Virus record (IMG/VR): IMGVR_UViG_3300027969_000039
Span: 1-64,000 of that record
Strand: one strand, 5' to 3'
DNA: 64,000 bases
Positions 20,357-29,223 of this stretch are shown in pieces. Each line of letters begins with the position of its first letter. Within the stretch, counting starts at the first letter, position 1. The notes beneath the pieces were generated by a model. That model searched no databases and was not told the DNA's origin. It saw only the letters and a program-made list of their open reading frames with translations. The translations under genes were made by a program, and so were the position numbers.

Positions 20357-20737
20357 ATGATCCAAAACGAATTCTTTAACCGCCTGACTCAAAATCACCC
20401 GTTCATAACAGTGTGTTCATATGCCAACCAAGATTATGTTGGAATTGTTCAAAACCGTGATGACATGGTTACCACTATCTATGACTATGGATCCATACTT
20501 GATAATGATGTGAAAGAGAAGTTTTTAGAACTTGGAGAAGTTTGGTGGTGGGAAAGTAATAGATTAATCCCCATCAATTTGTTCTTAAAAAACGAATGGT
20601 CTATGTTTAGACCTTATCTCAGAACTTTCAATAACAAAAGTCTAGTAATTGTGCATGGTCCGATATGCAGCATGAACGAACTAAGTAAGCGCCGTAGTAA
20701 ACGCCGTAGCATCACCCTCGTCAAAAGAATGCCCTAA
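20357..20737 (+). CDS. hypothetical protein
   Basis: 126-aa ORF after GATAAATA box. Confidence 0.55.
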   Translation: MIQNEFFNRLTQNHPFITVCSYANQDYVGIVQNRDDMVTTIYDYGSILDNDVKEKFLELGEVWWWESNRLIPINLFLKNEWSMFRPYLRTFNNKSLVIVHGPICSMNELSKRRSKRRSITLVKRMP

Positions 20738-21292
20738 TAGGTTCATGTGAACCACAACTAATTGAGCATAAGCAATTGCATGTGCTTTTTTGAATACATA
20801 TCCGTCAGTTCCCTTATCCCATACAGTTTTACTAATCTCAGACCATACTTTACCAATTAAATGCTTCTTACCGGGACGAATAACTGCAAGAAACATAGCT
20901 AATCTTGGGATGCTATCTATGGGTTCTGGCATCTTCTCTAAGTTATAAAACTGATTATTCAGGTGAATCAGTTTCTCAACAAAACTTTTATCTTTCAGTT
21001 TACTCCAATCAGGTTCAACCATCAACTCGTTAAGATGTTGTTCATCTCTGACATTCTCATACACATGAACATTCAATAAGTCTAGTTTAAAATATCCACG
21101 TTTGTCTGCTATTGTATAATCAATACTTGCTATATCTAGCACTGGATCATAGGGGATAGGGGTGACATATACACCAGTGGCATGTTTACGAATAGGATTA
21201 ACATTACGCATTGCCGCACTTGTATGCTTAATTAGTTCAAGCAATCTATCTCTTGAACCAAAGTCAATATCAATATCACTATCTATTCTCAT
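20681..21292 (-). CDS. dnaE: minimal DNA polymerase III alpha-like (family C) catalytic core
   Basis: DIDIDF, KHATGV, GYFKLDLL, AVIRPG, GYVFKKAHAIAYA in only 203 aa. Confidence 0.82.
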   Translation of the reverse strand: MRIDSDIDIDFGSRDRLLELIKHTSAAMRNVNPIRKHATGVYVTPIPYDPVLDIASIDYTIADKRGYFKLDLLNVHVYENVRDEQHLNELMVEPDWSKLKDKSFVEKLIHLNNQFYNLEKMPEPIDSIPRLAMFLAVIRPGKKHLIGKVWSEISKTVWDKGTDGYVFKKAHAIAYAQLVVVHMNLLGHSFDEGDATAFTTALT

Positions 21293-21837
21293 CTTGGTTG
21301 AATCAATCCTGCTTTAATTAATTTCATATATGCAGATTGAACAACAATAGCTTGTCGTTCAGCATCTTCTACCGCTTTGTGTGTCGTAACATGATTACCA
21401 TCTTTAAGACTAACACCAGTGATATCAAATAATGTTCGGGTGTCCCTAACATTATAATAAGGCCAAGGTAGCATTTGACCAGTCTGTCTCCAAGCATGTT
21501 CTATTGCAACCACATCAAATGCTGATCCATGACTCCACGGTTTGCCATGATTTAAACAAAATTTATACAATTGATACATTGCTTCTTTAAATGATACACG
21601 GTCTCTATCACCCATAGCTTCTTCAATAGCCTCTGGGTTTTGTTTACCCCACCATTCTAATGTTGCTTCATTGATACTACGATTATAAATCTCTGTTTGA
21701 TCCTCAATCGTAGGTCTAATCTCAATCTTGTCGATGATTCCTTGACCACGCGGATCAAATAATACTGCACCAATTGTAAGAATCACACAATCTGGTGTTG
21801 TATCAAGTGATTCAATATCTATCATAATATCGGCCAT
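21289..21837 (-). CDS. 3'-5' DEDDh exonuclease (Rv2179c/DUF5051-like)
   Basis: IMIDIESL, HGSAFD, RDTRT, HKAVEDA. Confidence 0.85.
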   Translation of the reverse strand: MADIMIDIESLDTTPDCVILTIGAVLFDPRGQGIIDKIEIRPTIEDQTEIYNRSINEATLEWWGKQNPEAIEEAMGDRDRVSFKEAMYQLYKFCLNHGKPWSHGSAFDVVAIEHAWRQTGQMLPWPYYNVRDTRTLFDITGVSLKDGNHVTTHKAVEDAERQAIVVQSAYMKLIKAGLIQPR

Positions 21838-21839
21838 AA

Positions 21840-22076
21840 CTATCCTTTTTTAGTTTTACTGTAAGCTGTTTCTACCCTTGGCATACCACATTTCGCACAA
21901 TAGCATGTTGCATGGCTTACATGTCCCTTACTCCAGACTTCATCCCATATCTCCCAGTTAGTCCACTGATGCCAACCAAACCTACATTGCAGTGATTGGA
22001 CCGGTTCTAGTTCCTTGAGTATTCTCCAAGTGTTTCGCTTCTCATGTTTTTCACGCTGTTCTATCATGTTTGCCAC
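21840..22076 (-). CDS. small Cys/His protein (possible zinc binding)
   Basis: CRFGWHQW...CYCAKCG. Confidence 0.5.
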   Translation of the reverse strand: MANMIEQREKHEKRNTWRILKELEPVQSLQCRFGWHQWTNWEIWDEVWSKGHVSHATCYCAKCGMPRVETAYSKTKKG

Positions 22077-22339
22077 ATTTCATACATTGTTATCAATCTA
22101 TCATCCCATATCTCTATTGTAACACATCCTCCAGCTAAGGAGAAGTCCCAACCTTGGTGTCTTTCACCGAAATTTCTTCTCATCCATTTTACTATAACTG
22201 CTGGATCTTCTTTATGAAATAAACAATCTCTAAGATAGACTTTTTTATGTCCATCTTTGTAGTTGTTATCCCTGCATAAAGAGGTTGCGGTCTTGGGATA
22301 TGTTACTGCGAATCCTTTTGTGTATGTTGTTATTGCCAT
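22064..22339 (-). CDS. FxLRW-family small protein, copy 10
   Basis: KWMRRNFG..W...IEIWDDRLITMYEMWQT. Confidence 0.6.
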   Translation of the reverse strand: MAITTYTKGFAVTYPKTATSLCRDNNYKDGHKKVYLRDCLFHKEDPAVIVKWMRRNFGERHQGWDFSLAGGCVTIEIWDDRLITMYEMWQT

Positions 22340-22340
22340 A

Positions 22341-22571
22341 TTACCATCTCAATCTTGCTAAAATATAATCACGCTCATATCTAAATTTAATTTTAAATAA
22401 CCAAACTTCATCATATACCCAAGTATACAAACAATGTCTATCTGGGTTTTGTATGTTTCTCAGTATCCAATCTACTAACTCTATCCTTTGTGGTATCGGG
22501 TCATGTTCATCAAGTTTAATAACTATTTCATGCCATCCTGGCTTGATGTTTTCCCAATCTGTATTTCTCAT
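22341..22571 (-). CDS. FxLRW-family small protein, copy 9
   Basis: DWILRN...FKIKFRYERDYILARLRW. Confidence 0.65.
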   Translation of the reverse strand: MRNTDWENIKPGWHEIVIKLDEHDPIPQRIELVDWILRNIQNPDRHCLYTWVYDEVWLFKIKFRYERDYILARLRW

Positions 22572-22843
22572 TGAAACCTCAATAAGAATATCAAATACTT
22601 TTGTTCATCTACTATTTTGTAACCATCAGTAATGTTACCATTAACCATGTTCATCTTTATACCATACTTATTTTCAATGTAAGTTTCAAAATCATAGGCA
22701 TCAAACTGTGTTTTATCTTCCATGAATTCTTTTCTAACTAATTTGAGCAGGTTCCAATACTTCCATCTATTCTTTCTAAAATGAAGTTCAGGATCATCGT
22801 CATCATAATCTTGAAATGATTTTGTTATATTACTCACATCCAT
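22568..22843 (-). CDS. FxLRW-family small protein, copy 8 (divergent)
   Basis: ends IVDEQKYLIFLLRFQ. Confidence 0.6.
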   Translation of the reverse strand: MDVSNITKSFQDYDDDDPELHFRKNRWKYWNLLKLVRKEFMEDKTQFDAYDFETYIENKYGIKMNMVNGNITDGYKIVDEQKYLIFLLRFQ

Positions 22844-23040
22844 CTCAATGCAAAATAGGTGCTATATTCTTCTTTGTAGAAATTGAATATTGTATAACAA
22901 TAAGCTGGTTCAGCAAATGATTCTGCTTTATGATATGCCCAATCAAAATCTACTTTATCTACCCAACCATGTTGTTTCATCTGATGCACTATATCTATAA
23001 TTTCAAGTACTGGTACGTTTGTAACAGTTATAGTTTTCAT
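22834..23040 (-). CDS. FxLRW-family small protein, copy 7
   Basis: ends FNFYKEEYSTYFALRWM. Confidence 0.65.
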   Translation of the reverse strand: MKTITVTNVPVLEIIDIVHQMKQHGWVDKVDFDWAYHKAESFAEPAYCYTIFNFYKEEYSTYFALRWM

Positions 23041-23282
23041 TCCCAGCGTAGTAAAAACATAGTCAAATCTTCATCACGGGTAAGCATTATCTCGCACTGC
23101 TTAATGTTATCTACCCAACGATTACTTCCAGTTTCATCATCATAACCTGAATTGCCGTAATTCTTTTTACACCATTTCTTGATTTCTTTGGTGTCAATAT
23201 CATCTTGACCTTTCCAAGAGACTGTATGTATATTAACTTTGCTACCAAAATAGCGTTCTGTTTTGTGTGTAAATTTGCTCAT
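23037..23282 (-). CDS. FxLRW-family small protein, copy 6
   Basis: KWCKKNYG...LTRDEDLTMFLLRWE; start refined to ATGA overlap. Confidence 0.65.
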   Translation of the reverse strand: MSKFTHKTERYFGSKVNIHTVSWKGQDDIDTKEIKKWCKKNYGNSGYDDETGSNRWVDNIKQCEIMLTRDEDLTMFLLRWE

Positions 23283-23524
23283 GACCATCTCAATATAAAC
23301 CATGCTGCCAATTTAGGATCTTTAACTGTGATAGTAGGAACATATCTAATAGATATGTCACGCGGATCAAACGCTTCATGTGGTTGCGGATACATTCGCA
23401 CACGCTCATAGAACCAGGCATAATTAGGGCTATCTTTAATATCAGTCATATTGCCTCTGCCCACATGTTCGTTTAACCATTCGGTACAACCTGCAGGCAC
23501 CCCCTGTCTAAACTCTACTCTCAT
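23279..23524 (-). CDS. FxLRW-family small protein, copy 5
   Basis: EWLNEHVG...VKDPKLAAWFILRWS. Confidence 0.65.
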   Translation of the reverse strand: MRVEFRQGVPAGCTEWLNEHVGRGNMTDIKDSPNYAWFYERVRMYPQPHEAFDPRDISIRYVPTITVKDPKLAAWFILRWS

Positions 23525-23763
23525 GACCACACCAACGTAAAATGCGTGGCTATTTTGCCGTCATTGAAATGAAAGTCAACCTCTCCCCAGTACCACTCAC
23601 GAATCCACCCTCTGTGGTAATGTTTTTCACACCAATGTGTCATATCATCTACCTTGTCATCCCAATCATTAGTGAGCATATTTGGAGGTGCTTCAATGCT
23701 CACTGTGTATCGGTAATTGTTTTTAATATACCGTGTTGTTTTTCTACGCTGCTTACTGTTCAT
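23521..23763 (-). CDS. FxLRW-family small protein, copy 4
   Basis: HWCEKHY...FHFNDGKIATHFTLVWS. Confidence 0.65.
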   Translation of the reverse strand: MNSKQRRKTTRYIKNNYRYTVSIEAPPNMLTNDWDDKVDDMTHWCEKHYHRGWIREWYWGEVDFHFNDGKIATHFTLVWS

Positions 23764-24041
23764 GACCATCTCAATATGAAAAAGGTTCTGTCTGCTGCAT
23801 CACGGAACCAGTACTTACGATCACTTCCTACCCAACGACAATTAGGTATGCCCCAATGACCGCTGCCAAATGTGTCTATCATCCAAACATTCATATCCAA
23901 CCACTCTATTGCAGAGTAGTTCAATGGTTTGACCCAATAAGGATATTTAGGTTGATTGTCGGCATAACCAGTTTCAAGTCTTTTCATAGTGGTTAATTCA
24001 GATACCCATCTAGCTTCATTCATGGCGCGTTTCTTAATCAT
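23760..24041 (-). CDS. FxLRW-family small protein, copy 3
   Basis: VWMIDTFG...YWFRDAADRTFFILRWS. Confidence 0.65.
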   Translation of the reverse strand: MIKKRAMNEARWVSELTTMKRLETGYADNQPKYPYWVKPLNYSAIEWLDMNVWMIDTFGSGHWGIPNCRWVGSDRKYWFRDAADRTFFILRWS

Positions 24042-24307
24042 AGCCACCTCAACAAGAACATGGTTAGATCCTGTGGTCGTTTAAAAAACCACCTATCGTT
24101 GTAATAGCTATGTGTACCAGAACGGAAAGTATCTTCGCACCATTTAATTTGATCTTGCATCTCACGGCTGAGAATATAAGCCGACGGGGTGCTATGAGTC
24201 AGGCGAACTTTGCGGTTACCGTAATCAATTATCAATACGGGTTCCTCTGTTGTCATGTTCCATGTTATCCCAGACCTGGGACGTTCGTACCGAATCTTGT
24301 GTGTCAT
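24038..24307 (-). CDS. FxLRW-family small protein, copy 2
   Basis: KWCEDTF...WFFKRPQDLTMFLLRWL. Confidence 0.65.
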   Translation of the reverse strand: MTHKIRYERPRSGITWNMTTEEPVLIIDYGNRKVRLTHSTPSAYILSREMQDQIKWCEDTFRSGTHSYYNDRWFFKRPQDLTMFLLRWL

Positions 24308-24531
24308 AAGCAACTTAAATTAAAATGTATAGCATCACGCTCGTCATAGAAATAAAAATCCATATAATCTTCTGTGGCATGCGTGTAATATCTTTCACCG
24401 GGCAAGCCAAAGTGTTCTATCGCATAGCCACATACATCATTCCACTTATATGAAGTATCGCCTTTTACCCATGGTACGCGAACTCTAGTAGCCTGCCTCT
24501 TTGATTGTATCTTTGACTCTTTTTGTAACAT
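24304..24531 (-). CDS. FxLRW-family small protein, copy 1
   Basis: GYAIEHFG...FYFYDERDAIHFNLSCL. Confidence 0.6.
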   Translation of the reverse strand: MLQKESKIQSKRQATRVRVPWVKGDTSYKWNDVCGYAIEHFGLPGERYYTHATEDYMDFYFYDERDAIHFNLSCL

Positions 24532-25186
24532 CCATATCTCGCTTAAACTTTATCGCCCACTGTTCTGGATTTATATAATCAATAATCATTTTAACATGAC
24601 CTTCATTTAATGTATCTAGAAAATGGGTACCACTGTCACTCTGATACAACAACCATGGACTAATCTTGCCCGTTGTAATAGCATAACATAGTTTGTTTGC
24701 ATTCCCATAACGCAACATATCATGTGGTTGTATGTTTGCGTCCTCAGCCAACTTGATGCAAGTCTCTACGCTACGATGTATCGCATCGAATGGATCCTCA
24801 TGCCTTAGATACTCAATGAGATATTTGGTATAGACACTATCGCTACACCAATTGTCAATCTTAATCTGATTCTTTAACAACCATTCAACATATCGTGTTA
24901 TGTTGATAGCATTAATGTTAAGACAATAGTTACCAAACTTAGTAAACGCAGTATAGTATGCACTACGAATGAATTCTTCATAGGTACGATGCTTGCGACT
25001 AGATGTGTTCTTTTTATAAAACTGTACCCAAGTCTGAAATCCAAACTGATTACCACGTAAATCTTTGTCTAGCCATCTACGCTTGTTTTCACAGATGTGT
25101 TTAGCTACCGTGCTTTCTTTCAAGAATTCACGTTTGCAGAATTCACAACCATACTTGACTGGTTCAGTTACCGAGGTCTCTTTCAT
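24485..25186 (-). CDS. hypothetical protein with N-terminal C2H2-like zinc finger
   Basis: YGCEFCKREFLKESTVAKHIC; start refined. Confidence 0.6.
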   Translation of the reverse strand: MKETSVTEPVKYGCEFCKREFLKESTVAKHICENKRRWLDKDLRGNQFGFQTWVQFYKKNTSSRKHRTYEEFIRSAYYTAFTKFGNYCLNINAINITRYVEWLLKNQIKIDNWCSDSVYTKYLIEYLRHEDPFDAIHRSVETCIKLAEDANIQPHDMLRYGNANKLCYAITTGKISPWLLYQSDSGTHFLDTLNEGHVKMIIDYINPEQWAIKFKRDMDVTKRVKDTIKEAGY

Positions 25187-25757
25187 ATTGCTTAAGTTGC
25201 TCGTCTGTGATAGTTTCATTTAGTGTCTCAATGTCTGTTATTTTCATGTTGGGGAATAGTTCTGCTAATCTAAGTTTACGCTTTTGACTATCTACAAACG
25301 CTTGACTTACCTCTGTGATATCATCTTCATGTGCTTTAGGATATATCTTCTTGTAGTATTCTCTTATATCTTTAATCTTTGCAGGCGCTTGTAGTTTACT
25401 TACTTTGGGGCTGATGTTAGGTATCCACTGATGAAATTGTTTTCCCAATGCCGGACTACTAGCACACAACATCAACCATTGTAGTTTAGGATGCTTTTGT
25501 ACATTCTCATTGAATAGATATTTGTTTGCGTGATATTCTACACTCATCAAATAATATCCTTGCAAATCACCTGATGCTTTAATCGCACTCATCCATTGAA
25601 TCATTGTGAATGGTACAAACTTCTTTTGTTGTTCTATTGATAACTTATCATAGAAGCCATAGTCTTTCTTATCTAATGCAGCAAGGACCTCAAACAAGTC
25701 TAAATCTTGTTTATCAAACTTTTCATCAACCGGGATTGCTGCTTTTCTTGTTGCCAT
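25164..25757 (-). CDS. clamp loader small subunit (T4 gp62-like)
   Basis: LFEVLAALDKKD...FVPFTMIQWMS...HPKLQWLML...FHQWI pattern; within replication cluster. Confidence 0.5.
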   Translation of the reverse strand: MATRKAAIPVDEKFDKQDLDLFEVLAALDKKDYGFYDKLSIEQQKKFVPFTMIQWMSAIKASGDLQGYYLMSVEYHANKYLFNENVQKHPKLQWLMLCASSPALGKQFHQWIPNISPKVSKLQAPAKIKDIREYYKKIYPKAHEDDITEVSQAFVDSQKRKLRLAELFPNMKITDIETLNETITDEQLKQYERDLGN

Positions 25758-26257
25758 TAAAATGCCTGACTATAATCTACTATCTCACAATTACGACTAA
25801 TCTCTTTTACAAAATATATACATGCGGGTTTAGGACCATCTTCAATTGGCACACATAGAAACTGCCCGTTCTTTAATCTAGGTGCATACCATGTTACATC
25901 GTGATAGATATCTAATATCTCAATGGGCAAGAATGTAGGACTGAAACTACTCAATGGATTAAACTCAAACGCATTAAATCCCCTATCATTGATACTTGTT
26001 AATGGTAGTGTTTCTAAGTCACCGTGTTCTTTTTCACCAATCAATATCTGCCAGTCTACTGGCATCTTAATTGTGTGTTTACCAATCTTCAATACAAGTG
26101 CAGGGGCATTAAAACTTTCTAAAAAGATTAATGGTATATAATGATAATCTACATTACTTGGGTTACTGTTATCTAGTATCGCAAATCGTAAATCATCTAT
26201 CTCCTCTGGCAATGTCTCTAAGTTATAGTATTCGTTATCTAGGGTCAAAATTCTCAT
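25757..26257 (-). CDS. hypothetical protein, possible Hint-like beta fold
   Basis: beta-rich; LVLKIGKHTIKMPVDWQILI resembles Hint block B spacing. Confidence 0.4.
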   Translation of the reverse strand: MRILTLDNEYYNLETLPEEIDDLRFAILDNSNPSNVDYHYIPLIFLESFNAPALVLKIGKHTIKMPVDWQILIGEKEHGDLETLPLTSINDRGFNAFEFNPLSSFSPTFLPIEILDIYHDVTWYAPRLKNGQFLCVPIEDGPKPACIYFVKEISRNCEIVDYSQAF

Positions 26258-26269
26258 AGTGTTATTATA

Positions 26270-27757
26270 TCATTTGTATGTAAGTTTTTCAACATCAAAT
26301 GGATAATTAGCCTCTTTATAAAATGCTTTTCTTTGTGTAAGATGCCGTTTTGCAAACTTACAATTACTTGTGATATCCCAAATCTGCACGAAATTTTTAT
26401 CTTCTGCTTTACGGATACCACGACCAATACTTTGTATCACCCGAACAAAACTCTTACCCGGTTCAATAAGAACAAGATTAAAGATTCGGGGAATGTTAAT
26501 ACCAACTGCTGCTACACCATAGGTAGCGATAATGATTTTGTTAGTTGCTGTTGCAACTTCATCATATTGTTCTTTGCGTTCATCCATACCAGTATTGCCT
26601 GATACAAACACCACATCATATTCTGTTTTAAAATTACGCAATAGTTCGGCTAATTTGTTATGTAATTCTTTACCGGCTGCCACCCTATCAACAAGTATCA
26701 ATGTATTACCACTGTTCTTAATTGTATCAACCAATTGAGTAATTTTATTTAATCGTTTATCATCTTCAAGTAAGTATTTCAACTCACTCTGGTAGTTACT
26801 AAACTCGACACCATCTTGTAATTGAACAATGTTAACATGGCATTGTGATAATACACCTCTATCTTGCAATTCACTAGCAGATAGTTTGTTAATAACATTA
26901 CCTAGACTGATAAAGATAGCTTGACTTGCGAATTTTTCTTTAGGAATAGTACCAGTCAGTCCCCAACGAATTGGAATCGTACTCATTATTCCAGTCAACA
27001 GTTCTTTTAGTGCATCTGCTTTGGCCATGTGAACCTCGTCTACCATGACACAAACTACACCTTCAAGGAAGTCACCAATCTCAACTTCTGCTTCACCTGC
27101 TTTTGTTTTCTTAAGCATGTTGTTAAGACTCTGCCAAGTACAGATCGTATGTGTCTTGTTGTATTCTTTTCTATCACCAAAGTATACACCAACATCTAAT
27201 CCTAGATTAATGTAATCGGCTTCGGTTTGTGTTACAAGACTTTTGTTTGGAACGATAACAATACTGCGCCCGTAACTTTCAATAGACCAGCTTAGTGCTG
27301 CTGTGATTAATGTCTTGCCAGCGCCTGTAGCAATCTCTTGTAATGATTGTGGGTTCTTTAGAAACTCATTAATGATTGATATCTGATAGTCACGCAATAC
27401 TACAGGTTGTCCTGCGATTGGATGACCTTCGGGCCAATTCTTATGTTTGAATGTCTCTTCGGACACTTCAGCAAAATTGAAAGTTGTACCGTATGTTCGC
27501 AAATCCTCTAGTTCAATATCATAGTCCCTGCTATCAATAAAGGGTAGTATTTCGGGTAGTAGATTGACATAGCTACTACCAGCAAGACTAAAGAAACTTA
27601 CCTTACCATTCCATCTACCTAACCGTACCGCAGGAAGATACCTTGCACCGGGCACTTCATACTCAAACATCTTTACCAATGCTTTTCGTTCACTTAATTC
27701 TAAGCCTTCGATTTTTACATTGACCTCATCCTTGACAATTATTTTGCATTGTTTCAT
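26270..27757 (-). CDS. uvsW: UvsW-like SF2 DNA helicase
   Basis: LRDYQ, ATGAGKT, VDEVH, GLTGT, GINIP, QSIGRGIR. Confidence 0.93.
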   Translation of the reverse strand: MKQCKIIVKDEVNVKIEGLELSERKALVKMFEYEVPGARYLPAVRLGRWNGKVSFFSLAGSSYVNLLPEILPFIDSRDYDIELEDLRTYGTTFNFAEVSEETFKHKNWPEGHPIAGQPVVLRDYQISIINEFLKNPQSLQEIATGAGKTLITAALSWSIESYGRSIVIVPNKSLVTQTEADYINLGLDVGVYFGDRKEYNKTHTICTWQSLNNMLKKTKAGEAEVEIGDFLEGVVCVMVDEVHMAKADALKELLTGIMSTIPIRWGLTGTIPKEKFASQAIFISLGNVINKLSASELQDRGVLSQCHVNIVQLQDGVEFSNYQSELKYLLEDDKRLNKITQLVDTIKNSGNTLILVDRVAAGKELHNKLAELLRNFKTEYDVVFVSGNTGMDERKEQYDEVATATNKIIIATYGVAAVGINIPRIFNLVLIEPGKSFVRVIQSIGRGIRKAEDKNFVQIWDITSNCKFAKRHLTQRKAFYKEANYPFDVEKLTYK

Positions 27758-27807
27758 ATTAGTACTTAGTATAACATAAAGTAATTAGTAAATGCAAACA
27801 TAAAGGT

Positions 27808-27832
27808 AAAAAAAGGGGAACCTAAGTTCCCC
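27808..27832 (-). terminator. intrinsic terminator
   Basis: GGGGAAC-ctaa-GTTCCCC with T-tract on minus strand. Confidence 0.85.
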
Positions 27833-27855
27833 TGAAAATCAGTAAGTAAATCTAC

Positions 27856-28887
27856 TCAAAGATTCTTCATGCAAGTTGACTTCGCAAGTTCATGCCAGTT
27901 GCCAGGGTTGATCTTTACCAAGTCAGCAATCTTCAACACCATACGCAGGCTGATCTCACGCAATTGATTGCAGTTGGCCCACATGTATTCCATGACACTT
28001 TCTTCCTGCTCTTTAGTAAAAGCATAGTCAACAAACAAGCCGGGGTCAGCATCACGATGCACCTGCTTGATACGCATCATTTTATCACGTTCGGTGTTGA
28101 TAGTCAAATCCAGAAAGTGACAACGACTTTGCAATGCATCCAAATGAGGTTGCATTTTACCTGATTTTTTAGAATCAAACGATTTGTTTGTGATGAAGAT
28201 GATAGAGCCGTGAAAGTTGAAAGTATTGGGCACTCCCTCTTCGCGTAGAATACGTGAATCTTTGTTGTAAGAGATACGCCGTGTCTTGCTAGAATCCAAT
28301 GCACCTTTCAGGATGTTGACCGCATCTTGATCGTCCCAGATATCACAGTCATCAAACACCAACACGTTTTTAGCGTCAGAATATTTGTACAGTAATACGA
28401 ACAAGCCGATAGCAGACATCGCGCCTTTGACAGTCTCAAAACGGATCTTGCGATCTGCAATATGATCAAACATGCTAGCTTTTTCCATCTGCAATGTCAC
28501 GCCGTGACTCTTGCCGACACCGGGAGGGCCTGTCACAATCATAGCACGGATATCACCGTTGATACATGCTTTTGACATCTCATCCAATACTGCAAAACGA
28601 CCTGCGATACGGTCCATCGCTTCCTTATCAGTCTCGGTAGACACTTCTGCCTTTGCCTTGAATTCTACTGTATTGCCTACCACCGTTTCTCCATTCATGA
28701 ATTGAATATCTTCAATGCTTCCGACATTGACACGGACCTGAGGTCCACCCACTGCAAACTGACCATCATTCTTAACAGTAACAAATCCACCCTTCTTACC
28801 AACTTGATAACCTTTGACTAGGGTGAACACTTCACCAGATACAGGGTTATTGCGATAAGAACCAGAGAGAATGCGAATTGTTGACAT
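27856..28887 (-). CDS. AAA+/P-loop ATPase (early)
   Basis: GPPGVGKS Walker A; VLVFDDCD Walker B; IIFITN; ALQSRC. Confidence 0.85.
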   Translation of the reverse strand: MSTIRILSGSYRNNPVSGEVFTLVKGYQVGKKGGFVTVKNDGQFAVGGPQVRVNVGSIEDIQFMNGETVVGNTVEFKAKAEVSTETDKEAMDRIAGRFAVLDEMSKACINGDIRAMIVTGPPGVGKSHGVTLQMEKASMFDHIADRKIRFETVKGAMSAIGLFVLLYKYSDAKNVLVFDDCDIWDDQDAVNILKGALDSSKTRRISYNKDSRILREEGVPNTFNFHGSIIFITNKSFDSKKSGKMQPHLDALQSRCHFLDLTINTERDKMMRIKQVHRDADPGLFVDYAFTKEQEESVMEYMWANCNQLREISLRMVLKIADLVKINPGNWHELAKSTCMKNL

Positions 28888-28920
28888 AGATAAAATCCTT
28901 TATTAACTGATTAAGTAAGC

Positions 28921-28949
28921 ATTATACACTAATGCCCATTTGTTGTCAA
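28921..28949 (-). promoter_or_regulatory. sigma70 early promoter (variant)
   Basis: TTGACA-17 nt-TATAAT followed by family-type leader CTTAATCAGTTAA..AAAGGA. Confidence 0.85.
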
Positions 28950-29164
28950 GCCTTGAGTATGTCCACGATACGCTGATGTATCAGGTCCATTTCAGCCTGC
29001 TCAACATAGAAGTCGGTCTTGGGGTCATAGTACTGACCTTGGGCAGTATCGTAGTACAGGACATGACCGGAGAAATTGAAGGGACCTTCTAGACCCTTGC
29101 GAGGACCATACTTGGTACGCATCTCATCCATTTGCGTCTTGTCTGCGATAACTTTGTAACCCAT
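28946..29164 (-). CDS. small early hypothetical protein (cassette gene)
   Basis: MGYKVIADK...LYYDTAQGQYYDPKTDFYV; AAGGAG RBS; stop TGA inside next TTGACA. Confidence 0.75.
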   Translation of the reverse strand: MGYKVIADKTQMDEMRTKYGPRKGLEGPFNFSGHVLYYDTAQGQYYDPKTDFYVEQAEMDLIHQRIVDILKA

Positions 29165-29194
29165 CAGAAACTCCTTTTGACTGAATAAGACTCT

Positions 29195-29223
29195 ATTATA
29201 TACCCAAAACCATTTAATGTCAA
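29195..29223 (-). promoter_or_regulatory. 29-bp repeated early promoter, copy 1
   Basis: TTGACATTAAATGGTTTTGGGTATATAAT. Confidence 0.92.

Noticed and set aside
20681-21292. dnaE pseudogene fragment
   Set aside because: The catalytic motifs are intact and in order within one clean ORF coupled to its neighbour, which fits a streamlined gene better than decay.
29196-29213. Five-codon mini-ORF ATG GTT TTG GGT ATA TAA inside each promoter repeat
   Set aside because: It lies upstream of the predicted transcription start and is a by-product of the promoter sequence; no independent evidence of translation.
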